A program made the position numbers and the translations under genes. DNA of 64,000 nucleotides, taken from NCBI GenBank assembly GCA_012744445.1, contig JAAYBZ010000200.1:3745-67744 (forward strand). Reading direction: 5' to 3'. This stretch comes from Myxococcales bacterium. GTDB taxonomy: Bacteria; Myxococcota_A; Polyangia; Polyangiales; Houyiibacteriaceae. The notes under the pieces were generated by a model. The model saw only the letters and a list, made by a program, of their open reading frames with translations. It was not told where the DNA came from and searched no databases. Below are positions 48,620 to 57,221 of this stretch, in pieces. Each line of letters opens with the position of its first letter. Position 1 is the stretch's first letter.

Positions 48620-48669
48620 GCGCCGTCCCCGCTTCGAGATCATCCTCTGCGGGGCGGCGCTCTTTTTTT
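48620..48669 (+). terminator. Rho-independent terminator after the peroxiredoxin gene
   Basis: Stem gcgccg(t)ccccgc ... gcggggcggcgc (12 bp with one bulge), a 16-nt loop, followed by tcttttttt. A T-tract is rare in this GC-rich sequence. Confidence 0.75.
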
Positions 48670-48686
48670 GCCGATTGGAGGACAGG

Positions 48687-49025
48687 ATGGCTGAGCTTCG
48701 GACGTTGGGCCCCGAGAGTTGGCGTGAGTTCGTCACCGCGGAGGGGACGGCGGTGCTCGTGATCGGGAAGAACGACTGCGACGCGTGCAACACCTGGGGT
48801 GAGGAGCTCGCGCGCTTCCTCGCCGAGGATCAGGAGTTCTCGGGTGTCCGCTTCGGGAAGATCGACCTCAAACAGCGCGGTCTCATCGACTTCAAGAAGG
48901 AGAACACCTGGCTCGCCGAGCTCGACGTGCTCCCGTACAACGTCATCTACCGCGACGGGCAGATCGTGAAGCAGTTCGCGGGCGGGGGCGCCGAGCGCCT
49001 CACGAACCGCCTCCGCAACCTCTGA
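48687..49025 (+). CDS. Thioredoxin-fold protein with CxxC (CDAC) motif
   Basis: ATG at 48687 preceded by GGAGGA (the track start at 48675 is a TTG). VLVIGKNDCDACNTW contains the CxxC in the usual thioredoxin position. 112 aa. Confidence 0.7.
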   Translation: MAELRTLGPESWREFVTAEGTAVLVIGKNDCDACNTWGEELARFLAEDQEFSGVRFGKIDLKQRGLIDFKKENTWLAELDVLPYNVIYRDGQIVKQFAGGGAERLTNRLRNL

Positions 49026-49168
49026 CCCCGACCGACCGCCGGCGCGCGGGAGGGAGGCGCGCGTCGGTTGGGCCTTGCTGCGCGGGAGCCCGAACCTAGA
49101 AGTCGGGAAAGGGGAGAGGTGCCGTACGCGCCCATCGGCGCGCGCGCCTCTCGGAGCGAGGGGGGAAC

Positions 49169-50365
49169 ATGGCGATCGATCTATTGCGGGATCGCGGGAC
49201 GCCGCTCGAGAAGCAGAGGTTCACCTGGAAGGACCTCACGCAGCTGATGTACAGCAAGCTCGACGACGACGCGTTCACGCGCGTCCGCGTCATCTTGATG
49301 AACGGCATCGAGGCGGAGGCCCTACGCTTCGGCCACGCCTGCGCGCGGATGAACCGCGATCTCCAGCTGCATCTCGCGAAGGTGCGCCGCGTCGAGCAGC
49401 ACCAGCAGACGCTCGTGAATTGGATGAACCCGGCGGACCAATCGCCGCTCGAGACGACCATCGGCTTCGAGCAGGTCGCCATCGAGGTGACGGCCGCCGT
49501 CGCGCAGAAGGAGCCCGATCCCTACCTCGCGCAGGTGTATCGCTTCGGGCTCCTCGAGGACTTCGATCATCTCTACCGCTACTCGGCGTTGATGGATCGC
49601 CTCGAGGGCAAGGACCCCAACGCGCTCGTCCAGAGCTACACGGACATCGTCCCGGGCCGGCCGACCTCGCTCGAGCACCGCGCGCCCGAGGACGATCTCC
49701 GCACGCCCTACGACCGCAAACAGGCCGAGCTCGTCACCAAGCTGCACGCGCTCACGATCATGGCCGGCGAGCACATGACGCACGACTACTACATGGTCGT
49801 GGGGCCCACGATCGCCGATCCGATCGGGCGCCAGCTCTACGCCGAGATCGCCTCCATCGAGGAGCAGCACGTCACGCAATACGAGTCGATCATCGACACG
49901 GAGGAGACGTGGCTCGAGAAGTGGCTCCTCCACGAGGCGACCGAGGTCTACAACTATTACAGCTGCGTCGAGTCGGAGAAGAACCCGCGGGTGCGTGCGG
50001 TCTGGGAGCGCTTCCTCGAGTACGAGCTCGGGCACGTCCGCTACGTCGCAGACCTCCTCGAGAACATCGAGCGGCGCGACGCCGCCGAGGTGCTCTCCTC
50101 GAAGCTGCCCGCGCCGATCGACTACGTGAGCCACCGCGAATTCGTTCGGGAGACGCTCCGCAACGAGGTGCACCTCACGGCGCGCGGTCCCGACTTCATC
50201 CCCTTCGATGAAGAGACGGCGGACTCGCCCTCGGCCGCGCAGCGCAAGCAGCTCAACGCCGACGGCTCGCCCTCCGATCTGGTGGCGGCCGGCTACGTCT
50301 ACACACCCGGGACCGAGCTCGCGCGGAAGCGCCCGCGCGCGACCGAGATCCAACCCGAAGCCTGA
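49169..50365 (+). CDS. Ferritin-like superfamily protein, probable di-iron four-helix-bundle (398 aa)
   Basis: Several E-x-x-H type helices: EDFDHLYRY, AGEHMTHDY, EIASIEEQHVTQYE and EYELGHVRY. No specific family recognised. Confidence 0.65.
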   Translation: MAIDLLRDRGTPLEKQRFTWKDLTQLMYSKLDDDAFTRVRVILMNGIEAEALRFGHACARMNRDLQLHLAKVRRVEQHQQTLVNWMNPADQSPLETTIGFEQVAIEVTAAVAQKEPDPYLAQVYRFGLLEDFDHLYRYSALMDRLEGKDPNALVQSYTDIVPGRPTSLEHRAPEDDLRTPYDRKQAELVTKLHALTIMAGEHMTHDYYMVVGPTIADPIGRQLYAEIASIEEQHVTQYESIIDTEETWLEKWLLHEATEVYNYYSCVESEKNPRVRAVWERFLEYELGHVRYVADLLENIERRDAAEVLSSKLPAPIDYVSHREFVRETLRNEVHLTARGPDFIPFDEETADSPSAAQRKQLNADGSPSDLVAAGYVYTPGTELARKRPRATEIQPEA

Positions 50366-50383
50366 GCGGAGAGGAGACCTTCC

Positions 50384-51118
50384 ATGGCCACGATTCGACC
50401 GGAGATCGGACCCAACAGGACCGGGATCGCGTCCGACGCGACCTCGAAGAAGCTCAGCGAGGAGATGGTCGAGGCGACGCAGGAATTCCCGCCGAACCCC
50501 GACGGAGACGAGCGGTACATCGCGGAGGTACGCGCGGAGATCGCGCGCGAGGTCGACGGCGTCGGGAGCGTCCCGCCGCCGCCCACCCTCAAGGGGATCG
50601 CCAAGGCCGCCGCGCAGAAGCTCCGCGCGGAGAGCCCCGCGCTCTTCATCGACAAGCTCGGCGAGCGGCTCGTCTTCGAGCGCTCCGGCGTCCGCGTGTA
50701 CGAGGCGCTGCTCTCCAAGCTCGACGCCTACGGCGAGTTCGACGGCGGCCCCGAGCGGGCCGACCTCGTGCACATCCTCTCCGAGGAGTACGAGCACTAC
50801 CGCGCGCTCGAGGAGGCGCTCGAGGATCTCGGCGCCGATCCCACCGCGCTCACGCCCTCGGCGAACCTCACGGCCACGATGGCTTCGGGCATCGTCGCCG
50901 TGATCCTCGACGCGCGCACGACGCTCGCGCAGAGCCTCGAGGCGCTCCTCTTGCTCGAGCTCGCCGACAACGACTGCTGGGAGTCGCTCGTCGAGCTCGC
51001 GCGCGGCGCCGGCCAGGATCGTCTCGTCGAGACCTTCGAGCGCGCGCTCCAAGCGGAGCGCGACCACCTCCTCAACGTCCGCGAGTGGATCGCCGCGGCC
51101 CAGGGGCGCGCGAATTGA
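50384..51118 (+). CDS. Ferritin-like domain protein (244 aa)
   Basis: Helical protein with LVFERSGVRVYEALL, SEEYEHYRALEEA, LLLLELADNDCWE and ALQAERDHLLNV. This E / ExxH / E / ExxH spacing is typical of rubrerythrin/ferritin-like di-iron sites. Confidence 0.65.
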   Translation: MATIRPEIGPNRTGIASDATSKKLSEEMVEATQEFPPNPDGDERYIAEVRAEIAREVDGVGSVPPPPTLKGIAKAAAQKLRAESPALFIDKLGERLVFERSGVRVYEALLSKLDAYGEFDGGPERADLVHILSEEYEHYRALEEALEDLGADPTALTPSANLTATMASGIVAVILDARTTLAQSLEALLLLELADNDCWESLVELARGAGQDRLVETFERALQAERDHLLNVREWIAAAQGRAN

Positions 51119-51613
51119 TCAGCGCGCCTCGGGCAGCCCGGCGCCGGCGTGGAGCACGCGCACGGCGTCGTCCTTCGCGCGATAGGTGACGGCGGAGACG
51201 ACCTCGAAGCGCGTCTTCGAGATGCGCCACTCCCCGTCCACCTTGGTGTATTCGTCGTGGTAGTAGCCGCCGACGTGGTTGATCACGCGGCGCTCGGTGT
51301 CCATGAGGTGGTAGTAGAGGCTCCAGACGCCCTTCGCGTGTGTCTCGTCGACGATCTCGATGCGGGGCGGGCCGCCGTGGTGGAGCTCGACGATCGAGGC
51401 GCGGAGCGCGCCCTTCTCGAAGACGGCGCGGAGCTCGTCGCGATGGCCGACCTTGCCGGTGCTCCCCGCGTAGTCGATCTCGATCGGGCCGTCCATGAAG
51501 CAATCGCGCACGCCCTCGACGTCCTTGTGGTCGCAGGCGTACCAATAACGCGCCTTGAGGCGCTTGATGTCTTCGATGGCTTCGAGCCGGGCGATGCGTT
51601 CTTCGAGCGTCAT
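51119..51613 (-). CDS. NTF2-like / SnoaL-like domain protein
   Basis: 164 aa. The IEDIKRLKARYWYACDHKD opening and overall pattern are typical of SnoaL_4/NTF2-fold proteins. Confidence 0.75.
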   Translation of the reverse strand: MTLEERIARLEAIEDIKRLKARYWYACDHKDVEGVRDCFMDGPIEIDYAGSTGKVGHRDELRAVFEKGALRASIVELHHGGPPRIEIVDETHAKGVWSLYYHLMDTERRVINHVGGYYHDEYTKVDGEWRISKTRFEVVSAVTYRAKDDAVRVLHAGAGLPEAR

Positions 51614-51644
51614 GGGCGGACGGTAGCGCGAAACGCGCGCGCCC

Positions 51645-52064
51645 TCACCACGTGCCGACGTTGGGCATCGAGACCCAGGGCTCCTTGGGCGGGAGCGGAT
51701 CGCCCTTCTGCAAGAGCTCGATCGAGATCTTGTCGGGCGAGCGGACGAAGGCCATGTGGCCGTCGCGCGGCGGACGGTGGATCGTGACGCCGGCGTTCAT
51801 CAGCCGCTCGCAGGTCGCGTAGATGTCGTCGACCTCGTAGGCGATGTGCCCGAAGTTGCGCGCCGAGCCGTAGTCCTCGGGATCCCAGTTGTACGTCAGC
51901 TCGATCTGCGCCGACTCGTCGCCAGGCGCGGCGAGGAAGACGAGGGTGTAGCGGCCGGCCTCCGACTCCTTCCGGTGGAGCTCCCGGAGGCCGAGCTTGT
52001 TCACGTAGAAGTCGAGCGACGCATCGAGGTCGCTCACGCGGACCATCGTGTGGAGATAGCGCAT
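51645..52064 (-). CDS. gloA: Lactoylglutathione lyase (glyoxalase I)
   Basis: MRYLHTMVRVSDLDASLDFYVNKLGL closely parallels the E. coli GloA N-terminus. ELTYNW and GHIAYEVDD are metal-ligand motifs. Confidence 0.92.
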   Translation of the reverse strand: MRYLHTMVRVSDLDASLDFYVNKLGLRELHRKESEAGRYTLVFLAAPGDESAQIELTYNWDPEDYGSARNFGHIAYEVDDIYATCERLMNAGVTIHRPPRDGHMAFVRSPDKISIELLQKGDPLPPKEPWVSMPNVGTW

Positions 52065-52109
52065 CCATCCAGGATGGCGCGTCTCGCGTGGGCCGTCGAC
52101 TCCGGGCGC

Positions 52110-53273
52110 TCAGCGCGCGGGCGAGGCGCTCCGGCCGGCGCGCCCGGCCACGAGCACCACGACCCCGAGCGCCGTCACGAGCGAGGCGAAGAGGAAGGTC
52201 GGCGGGAAGCCGTAACGCTGCGAGATCGCGCCCGCGCCCACACCGGCGAGCGCCATGCCGCAGTGGAAGGCGCCGTTCAAGAAGGTGAGTGCCGAGGCGC
52301 GGGCCGACGACGGCGCGCAGGCGACGATCACCGCGGTGACGGCAGGGTAGAGCATCCCGTGCGTGAGCCCGAGGAGCGCGCCGGTGATCCAGAGTTGCTC
52401 GGGCCCGAAGACGAGGAGCGCCATCGGCACGAAGACGTAGGCCGTCATCGAGGCGACCGCGATGCGGAAGGGACCGAGGCGGTCCGTGTAGCGCCCGAGG
52501 AAGATGCGCACGAGGATCGCCGTGCCCGTGTACCCGATGAAGAAGGAGCGCACGAGCGCGACGCCCGCCTCGAGCGCGAAGGGCTGGTGGAAGTGGAAGA
52601 GCGTCGCGAACGTGAAGGCGAAGCTCATCGTGGCGAAGTACGCCGAGGTGAGCGGGAGGGTGAAGACGGCGCGCATCGAGAGGCGGCTCGCGTCTTCGCT
52701 CCCGCCTCGCCCCACGGGGAGGAAGGCGGCCATCGCCGTCGCCACCGCACCCACGGCGGCGCAGAAGACGAAGACCACGTCCCACGACCACCGCGCCGCG
52801 AGCTCCTCGGCGATGCTCGGCGCGACGGCGTTCATGACGAGGTTGGACGCGCCGAAGATCCCCATGGCCTCGGCCATGCGCGCGCCGGGCGCGAGATCCG
52901 CCGCGAGCGCGCTCGCCGCGTTGAAGGCGAGGAGGAAGCCGAGGCCCTGCAGGGCCTGCACCCCGACGAGGTACGGGCCCACGCGATCGACCGCGAGGTA
53001 GGCCACGGAGGTGAGCGTGACGAGGCCGGCGCCCGCCACCACGAAGGGCCGCCGGCCGTAACGGTCGAGGATGCGCCCGACGAAGGGCGCGCCGAGGGTG
53101 GCGCCGATGCCCGGGATGGCGACGATCCAGCCGATCTCGTCGCGCTCCGCCCCGAGCTCCTCGAGGAGGAACTTGGGGAGGATGAGGTAGCTGCTCCACG
53201 AGAGGCCGAAGGTCGTCGTCGTGATGAGCAGACGCACGAAGTCGCGGGTGAAGAGTGCGGGTCGGCTCGCCAT
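52110..53273 (-). CDS. MFS transporter
   Basis: 387 aa, 12 predicted TM. The loop motif GRILDRYGRRP (MFS motif A: G-x3-D-[RK]-x-G-R-[RK]) is present. Confidence 0.85.
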   Translation of the reverse strand: MASRPALFTRDFVRLLITTTTFGLSWSSYLILPKFLLEELGAERDEIGWIVAIPGIGATLGAPFVGRILDRYGRRPFVVAGAGLVTLTSVAYLAVDRVGPYLVGVQALQGLGFLLAFNAASALAADLAPGARMAEAMGIFGASNLVMNAVAPSIAEELAARWSWDVVFVFCAAVGAVATAMAAFLPVGRGGSEDASRLSMRAVFTLPLTSAYFATMSFAFTFATLFHFHQPFALEAGVALVRSFFIGYTGTAILVRIFLGRYTDRLGPFRIAVASMTAYVFVPMALLVFGPEQLWITGALLGLTHGMLYPAVTAVIVACAPSSARASALTFLNGAFHCGMALAGVGAGAISQRYGFPPTFLFASLVTALGVVVLVAGRAGRSASPAR

Positions 53274-53322
53274 CGGGTTCGCCCCCTTCCCACTCTTTGG
53301 GCCGTTCGGCCAGCCGATCGAG

Positions 53323-54033
53323 TCAGGGGGCGAGCGCGGCCGCCAATTCGAGGAGCTCGCGCACCACGTAGCGCGTCCCCTCCGGCGGAGGTCCCGGCTC
53401 GGGGTGGATCTCGGGGCGGACGACCCACGCCGCCTCGAGCCCCGCCGAGAGCGCGGCGCGCACGTCCCGCTCCACGTCGTCGCCCACGTGGAGCACCTCG
53501 GCGGGCCGGAGCCCGAGGCGCGCGCACGCCACCTCGAACATGCGCGGGTCGGGCTTGGGCGCCCCCACGTCGCGCGCGCTGATCTTCTCCACGAAGAGGT
53601 GGTCGAGGCCGATCCTCACGAGATCGGCGTTGCCGTTGGTGAGCGCGACGAGCGGATAGCGGGCGGCGAGCCGCTCGAGGGCCGGGAGCACGTCGGCGAA
53701 GAGCTCCACGCGGTTCCGCTCTTCGAGGAAGATCTCGAAGGCCACCTCGGCGAGCGCGCCGTCCTCCCCCGCGTCGACGAGCGCGTAGCGCAGGCTCTCG
53801 CGCCGCAGCCCCGAGAGATCGTGGGCGAGGTCGGGGCGCATCCGCTCCACCTCGAAGCGGAGCTTGCGGAGCCCCACCGGGTCGTACTTCGCCGCCGCGC
53901 GCGGGGCGTGCTCGGCGAGGAAGGCGTGGACACGTCGCTCGGCGCGCTCGATCGTGGGCCACACGGGCCAGAGCGTGTCGTCGAGATCCAAGGTGAGCGC
54001 CTTGGCGAGGTGGGGCTCGGCTCCGTGGGGCAT
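53323..54033 (-). CDS. HAD-superfamily hydrolase
   Basis: Start at MPHGAEP. Motif I LDLDDTLW (DxDxT), motif II ALTNG, motif III/IV KPDP ... VGDDVERDV. Confidence 0.85.
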   Translation of the reverse strand: MPHGAEPHLAKALTLDLDDTLWPVWPTIERAERRVHAFLAEHAPRAAAKYDPVGLRKLRFEVERMRPDLAHDLSGLRRESLRYALVDAGEDGALAEVAFEIFLEERNRVELFADVLPALERLAARYPLVALTNGNADLVRIGLDHLFVEKISARDVGAPKPDPRMFEVACARLGLRPAEVLHVGDDVERDVRAALSAGLEAAWVVRPEIHPEPGPPPEGTRYVVRELLELAAALAP

Positions 54034-54116
54034 GTCCTCCACCGTGCTAAGGCGTCGCGCGCCCGCGTGCAAGGGCGCGCATGGCTCGGGTGGGCGGCGC
54101 TTGCTAAGTTCGAGGG

Positions 54117-55055
54117 ATGTCCTCGCTCCCTCCCAAGAAGCCCGATTGGCTGCGCGTGCGGCTTCCCACGGGGGACGATCACGCCCGCTTCCAAGCGGTC
54201 CGCGAGCGCCTCGGGAGCGCCGATCTCCACACCGTCTGCCAAGAGGCTCGCTGCCCCAACATCTTCGAATGCTGGAGCGCAGGGACCGCCACGGTGATGA
54301 TCCTCGGCGAGACCTGCACCCGAGGCTGCCGCTTCTGCGCCGTGAACACGGGCGATCCGCGCGGCTTCGTCGATCCGCGCGAGCCCGAGTCCACGGCGCG
54401 CGCCATCGAGAAGATGGCGCTGCGCTACGTCGTCCTCACGATGGTCGACCGCGACGACCTCCTCGACGGCGGGGCCGCGCACGTCGCCGAGACGGTTCGC
54501 CGCTGCAAGACGCGCTCGCCCGACCTCCTGGTCGAGGTCCTCGTCGGCGACTTCCAGGGCGTGCGCAAGGACGTGCGCACCGTGGTCCGCGAGGGCGCGC
54601 CCGACGTCTATGCGCACAACGTCGAGGTCGTACCGCGCCTCCAGCGCGTGATCCGCGACGCGCGCTGCTCTTGGGAGCGCTCCACCGAGACGCTCGTCTG
54701 GGCCAAGGAAGAAGGCGCCAAGGTCACCAAGACCTCGCTCATGGTCGGCATCGGCGAAGAAGAGGACGAGGTCTACGACGCGATGGAGCGTCTCCGCGCG
54801 ATCGGCGTCGACGTCCTCACCCTCGGCCAATACCTCCGCCCGACGCCCAAGCACGCCGAGGTGAAGCGCTACGTCACGCCCGAAGAATTCGCTCGCTACG
54901 AGAAGGCCGGGATCGAGATGGGCTTCCGCTTCGTCGCGAGCGGCCCGCTCGTGCGATCGAGCTACCGCGCCGCCGAGGCCTTCCTCGATCGCGAGATCCG
55001 GAGCGAGCGAAGGTTCGATCGCTACGGCCGGAAGCTCCTCCCGATCGCGGACTGA
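54117..55055 (+). CDS. lipA: Lipoyl synthase
   Basis: Auxiliary cluster motif CQEARCPNIFEC and radical-SAM motif CTRGCRFC. Confidence 0.97.
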   Translation: MSSLPPKKPDWLRVRLPTGDDHARFQAVRERLGSADLHTVCQEARCPNIFECWSAGTATVMILGETCTRGCRFCAVNTGDPRGFVDPREPESTARAIEKMALRYVVLTMVDRDDLLDGGAAHVAETVRRCKTRSPDLLVEVLVGDFQGVRKDVRTVVREGAPDVYAHNVEVVPRLQRVIRDARCSWERSTETLVWAKEEGAKVTKTSLMVGIGEEEDEVYDAMERLRAIGVDVLTLGQYLRPTPKHAEVKRYVTPEEFARYEKAGIEMGFRFVASGPLVRSSYRAAEAFLDREIRSERRFDRYGRKLLPIAD

Positions 55056-55125
55056 TCGTTCTCCGTTTGCCGCTAGAAAATCGGTGCATTCCGCGCTCCC
55101 GACCGTAGATTGATCGAGGGAGCCG

Positions 55126-56253
55126 ATGTTGGGAAACACCGAACGTCCTGGTGGTGAGCGCGGCGCCCGAGCCGCCGATCCGGACCTCGTGCGCGTCCTC
55201 GACGACGAAGGGCGCGCGATGCGAAAGCCCGTGTTGCCGATCGAGCGGCGCCTCGCGCTCTACGAAGCGATGGTGCGCTCGCGTCGCCTCGACGAACGGC
55301 TCGAGCGCGTGCAGCGCCAGGGACGCATCGGCTTCCACATCGGGTCGCAGGGCGAAGAGGCCGCCGTGCTCGGCGTCGCCGAAGCGCTCGCCCCCGAAGA
55401 CTGGATCGCGCCCTGCTATCGCGAGGTGGCGGCGCTCCTCCACCGCGGCTTTCCGCTCGAAGCGCACCTCGACAACGTGTTCGGCAACGCCGACGACCCG
55501 AACGTCGGCCGCCAGATGCCGGTGCATTTCGCCTCGCGCGCGCACCGCTGCCTCTCGGTGAGCGCGCCGATCGGCACGCAGCTCCCGCACGCCGTGGGCC
55601 TCGCCTACGCGATGAAGCTCCGCGGGGAGCACGCCGCGGTGGCGGCGTTCTTCGGCGACGGCGCGACGAGCTCGCAAGGCTTCCACGACGCGATGACCTT
55701 CGCGGGCGTGATGAAGGTCGGCGTGGCCTTCTTCTGCCGCAACAACGGCTGGGCGATCAGCCTCCCGGCGCACGAGCAATGCGCCGCGCGCGCGCTCGCC
55801 GACAAGGCCGTGGGCTATGGCATCCCCGCCGTCCGCTGCGACGGAAACGATCTCCTCGCCGTCTTCGAGGTCGCTTCGCGCGCGCTCGACACCGCACGCC
55901 GCGGCGGAGGCCCCACCTTCGTGGAGCTGCTCACCTACCGCGCCGGTCCTCACAGCACCTCCGACGATCCCACGCGCTACCGCGATCCGGACGAAGTCTC
56001 CCGCTGGGCGGCGCGCGACCCCATCACCCGGCTCCGCAAGCACCTCGAGCGCGAAGACGCCTGGGACATCGACCGGGAAGCGGCCCTCCTCGCGCGCGTC
56101 GACGCCGAGCTCAAGGAGGCCATCGCGCGCGCCGAGAAGAAGCCGCGGCCGTCCGTCGCTTCGCTCTTCGACGATGTCTACGCCGAACCCACCGAGGCGC
56201 TCCTCGCGCAGAAGCGTGAGGCCCTCGCGCTCGACGAAGGAGGCGAGGGATGA
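55126..56253 (+). CDS. 2-oxoacid (branched-chain 2-oxoacid/pyruvate type) dehydrogenase E1 alpha subunit
   Basis: Thiamine-diphosphate binding region FFGDGATSSQGFHDAMTFA...FCRNNGWAI. YRAGPHSTSDD motif. Confidence 0.92.
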   Translation: MLGNTERPGGERGARAADPDLVRVLDDEGRAMRKPVLPIERRLALYEAMVRSRRLDERLERVQRQGRIGFHIGSQGEEAAVLGVAEALAPEDWIAPCYREVAALLHRGFPLEAHLDNVFGNADDPNVGRQMPVHFASRAHRCLSVSAPIGTQLPHAVGLAYAMKLRGEHAAVAAFFGDGATSSQGFHDAMTFAGVMKVGVAFFCRNNGWAISLPAHEQCAARALADKAVGYGIPAVRCDGNDLLAVFEVASRALDTARRGGGPTFVELLTYRAGPHSTSDDPTRYRDPDEVSRWAARDPITRLRKHLEREDAWDIDREAALLARVDAELKEAIARAEKKPRPSVASLFDDVYAEPTEALLAQKREALALDEGGEG

Positions 56254-57221
56254 GCGAGCTCACGATGGTCGAGGCGCTCCGGAGCGGGATGCGCGAGGCG
56301 ATGCACGCAGATGCGAGCGTCGTCCTCCTCGGCGAGGACGTGGGCCGCGTCGGCGGTGTCTTCCGCGTGAGCGACGGGCTCCGCGACGAGTTCGGGCCGG
56401 CGCGCGTCATCGACACGCCGCTCTCCGAGGGCGGCATCGTGGGCACGGCGATCGGGATGGCGATGCACGGGCTCCGGCCGATCGCCGAGATCCAGTTCGC
56501 CGACTTCATCTACCCCGCGTTCGACCAGCTCGTGAACGAGGCCGCGAAGATCCGCTACCGCTCGGGCGGGCAGTTCTCGGTGCCGCTCGTGGTGCGCGCG
56601 CCCTACGGCGGCGGCATCAAGGGCGGGCACTACCACTCGCAGAGCCCCGAGGCCTACTTCACCCATACCGCCGGCCTCAAGGTGGTCTGCCCCTCCAATC
56701 CGCGGGACGCCAAGGGGCTCCTCCGCGCGGCGATCGACGATCCCGATCCGGTGATCTTCTTCGAGCCCAAGCGCATCTACCGCGCCGTGCGCGACGAGGT
56801 GCCGGACGAGATCCGGGTCCCGCTCGGCAAGGCCGAGATCGTGCGCGAGGGCGCCGACGTGACGCTGATCGCCTACGGCGCGATGCTCTACGAGGCGCTC
56901 GCCGCGGCCGAAGAGGTCGCGCGCGAGGGCATCGAAGTGGAGCTCGTCGACCTGCGCACGCTCATCCCGCTCGACCTCGAGACCCTCGAGGCGAGCGTGA
57001 ACAAGACCGGGCGCTTCGTGGTCGTGCACGAGGCGCCGCTCACCTCGGGCTTCGGCGCCGAGATCGTCTCGCGGCTCACCGAGCGCTGCTTCTACGCGCT
57101 CGAGGCGCCGCCGATCCGCGTGACGGGCTTCGACACGCCCTTCCCCTACACGCTCGAGGACGTCTACCTCCCGCTCGCGCGCAGGATCGCGCCGGCGCTT
57201 CGCAAGGCCATGGAGGATTGA
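56250..57221 (+). CDS. 2-oxoacid dehydrogenase E1 beta subunit
   Basis: ATGA coupling to E1 alpha. VVLLGEDVGRVGGVFRV..GL, DTPLSEGGIVG and FADFIYPAFDQ motifs. Confidence 0.95.
   Translation: MSELTMVEALRSGMREAMHADASVVLLGEDVGRVGGVFRVSDGLRDEFGPARVIDTPLSEGGIVGTAIGMAMHGLRPIAEIQFADFIYPAFDQLVNEAAKIRYRSGGQFSVPLVVRAPYGGGIKGGHYHSQSPEAYFTHTAGLKVVCPSNPRDAKGLLRAAIDDPDPVIFFEPKRIYRAVRDEVPDEIRVPLGKAEIVREGADVTLIAYGAMLYEALAAAEEVAREGIEVELVDLRTLIPLDLETLEASVNKTGRFVVVHEAPLTSGFGAEIVSRLTERCFYALEAPPIRVTGFDTPFPYTLEDVYLPLARRIAPALRKAMED

Noticed and set aside
55817-57220. 5' extension of the E2 ORF (track ORF 55817..58477, 886 aa)
   Set aside because: The extension is out of frame with, and overlaps, the E1 alpha and beta genes. 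The lipoyl domain begins at MGRLSFKMPDIGEG (57221).
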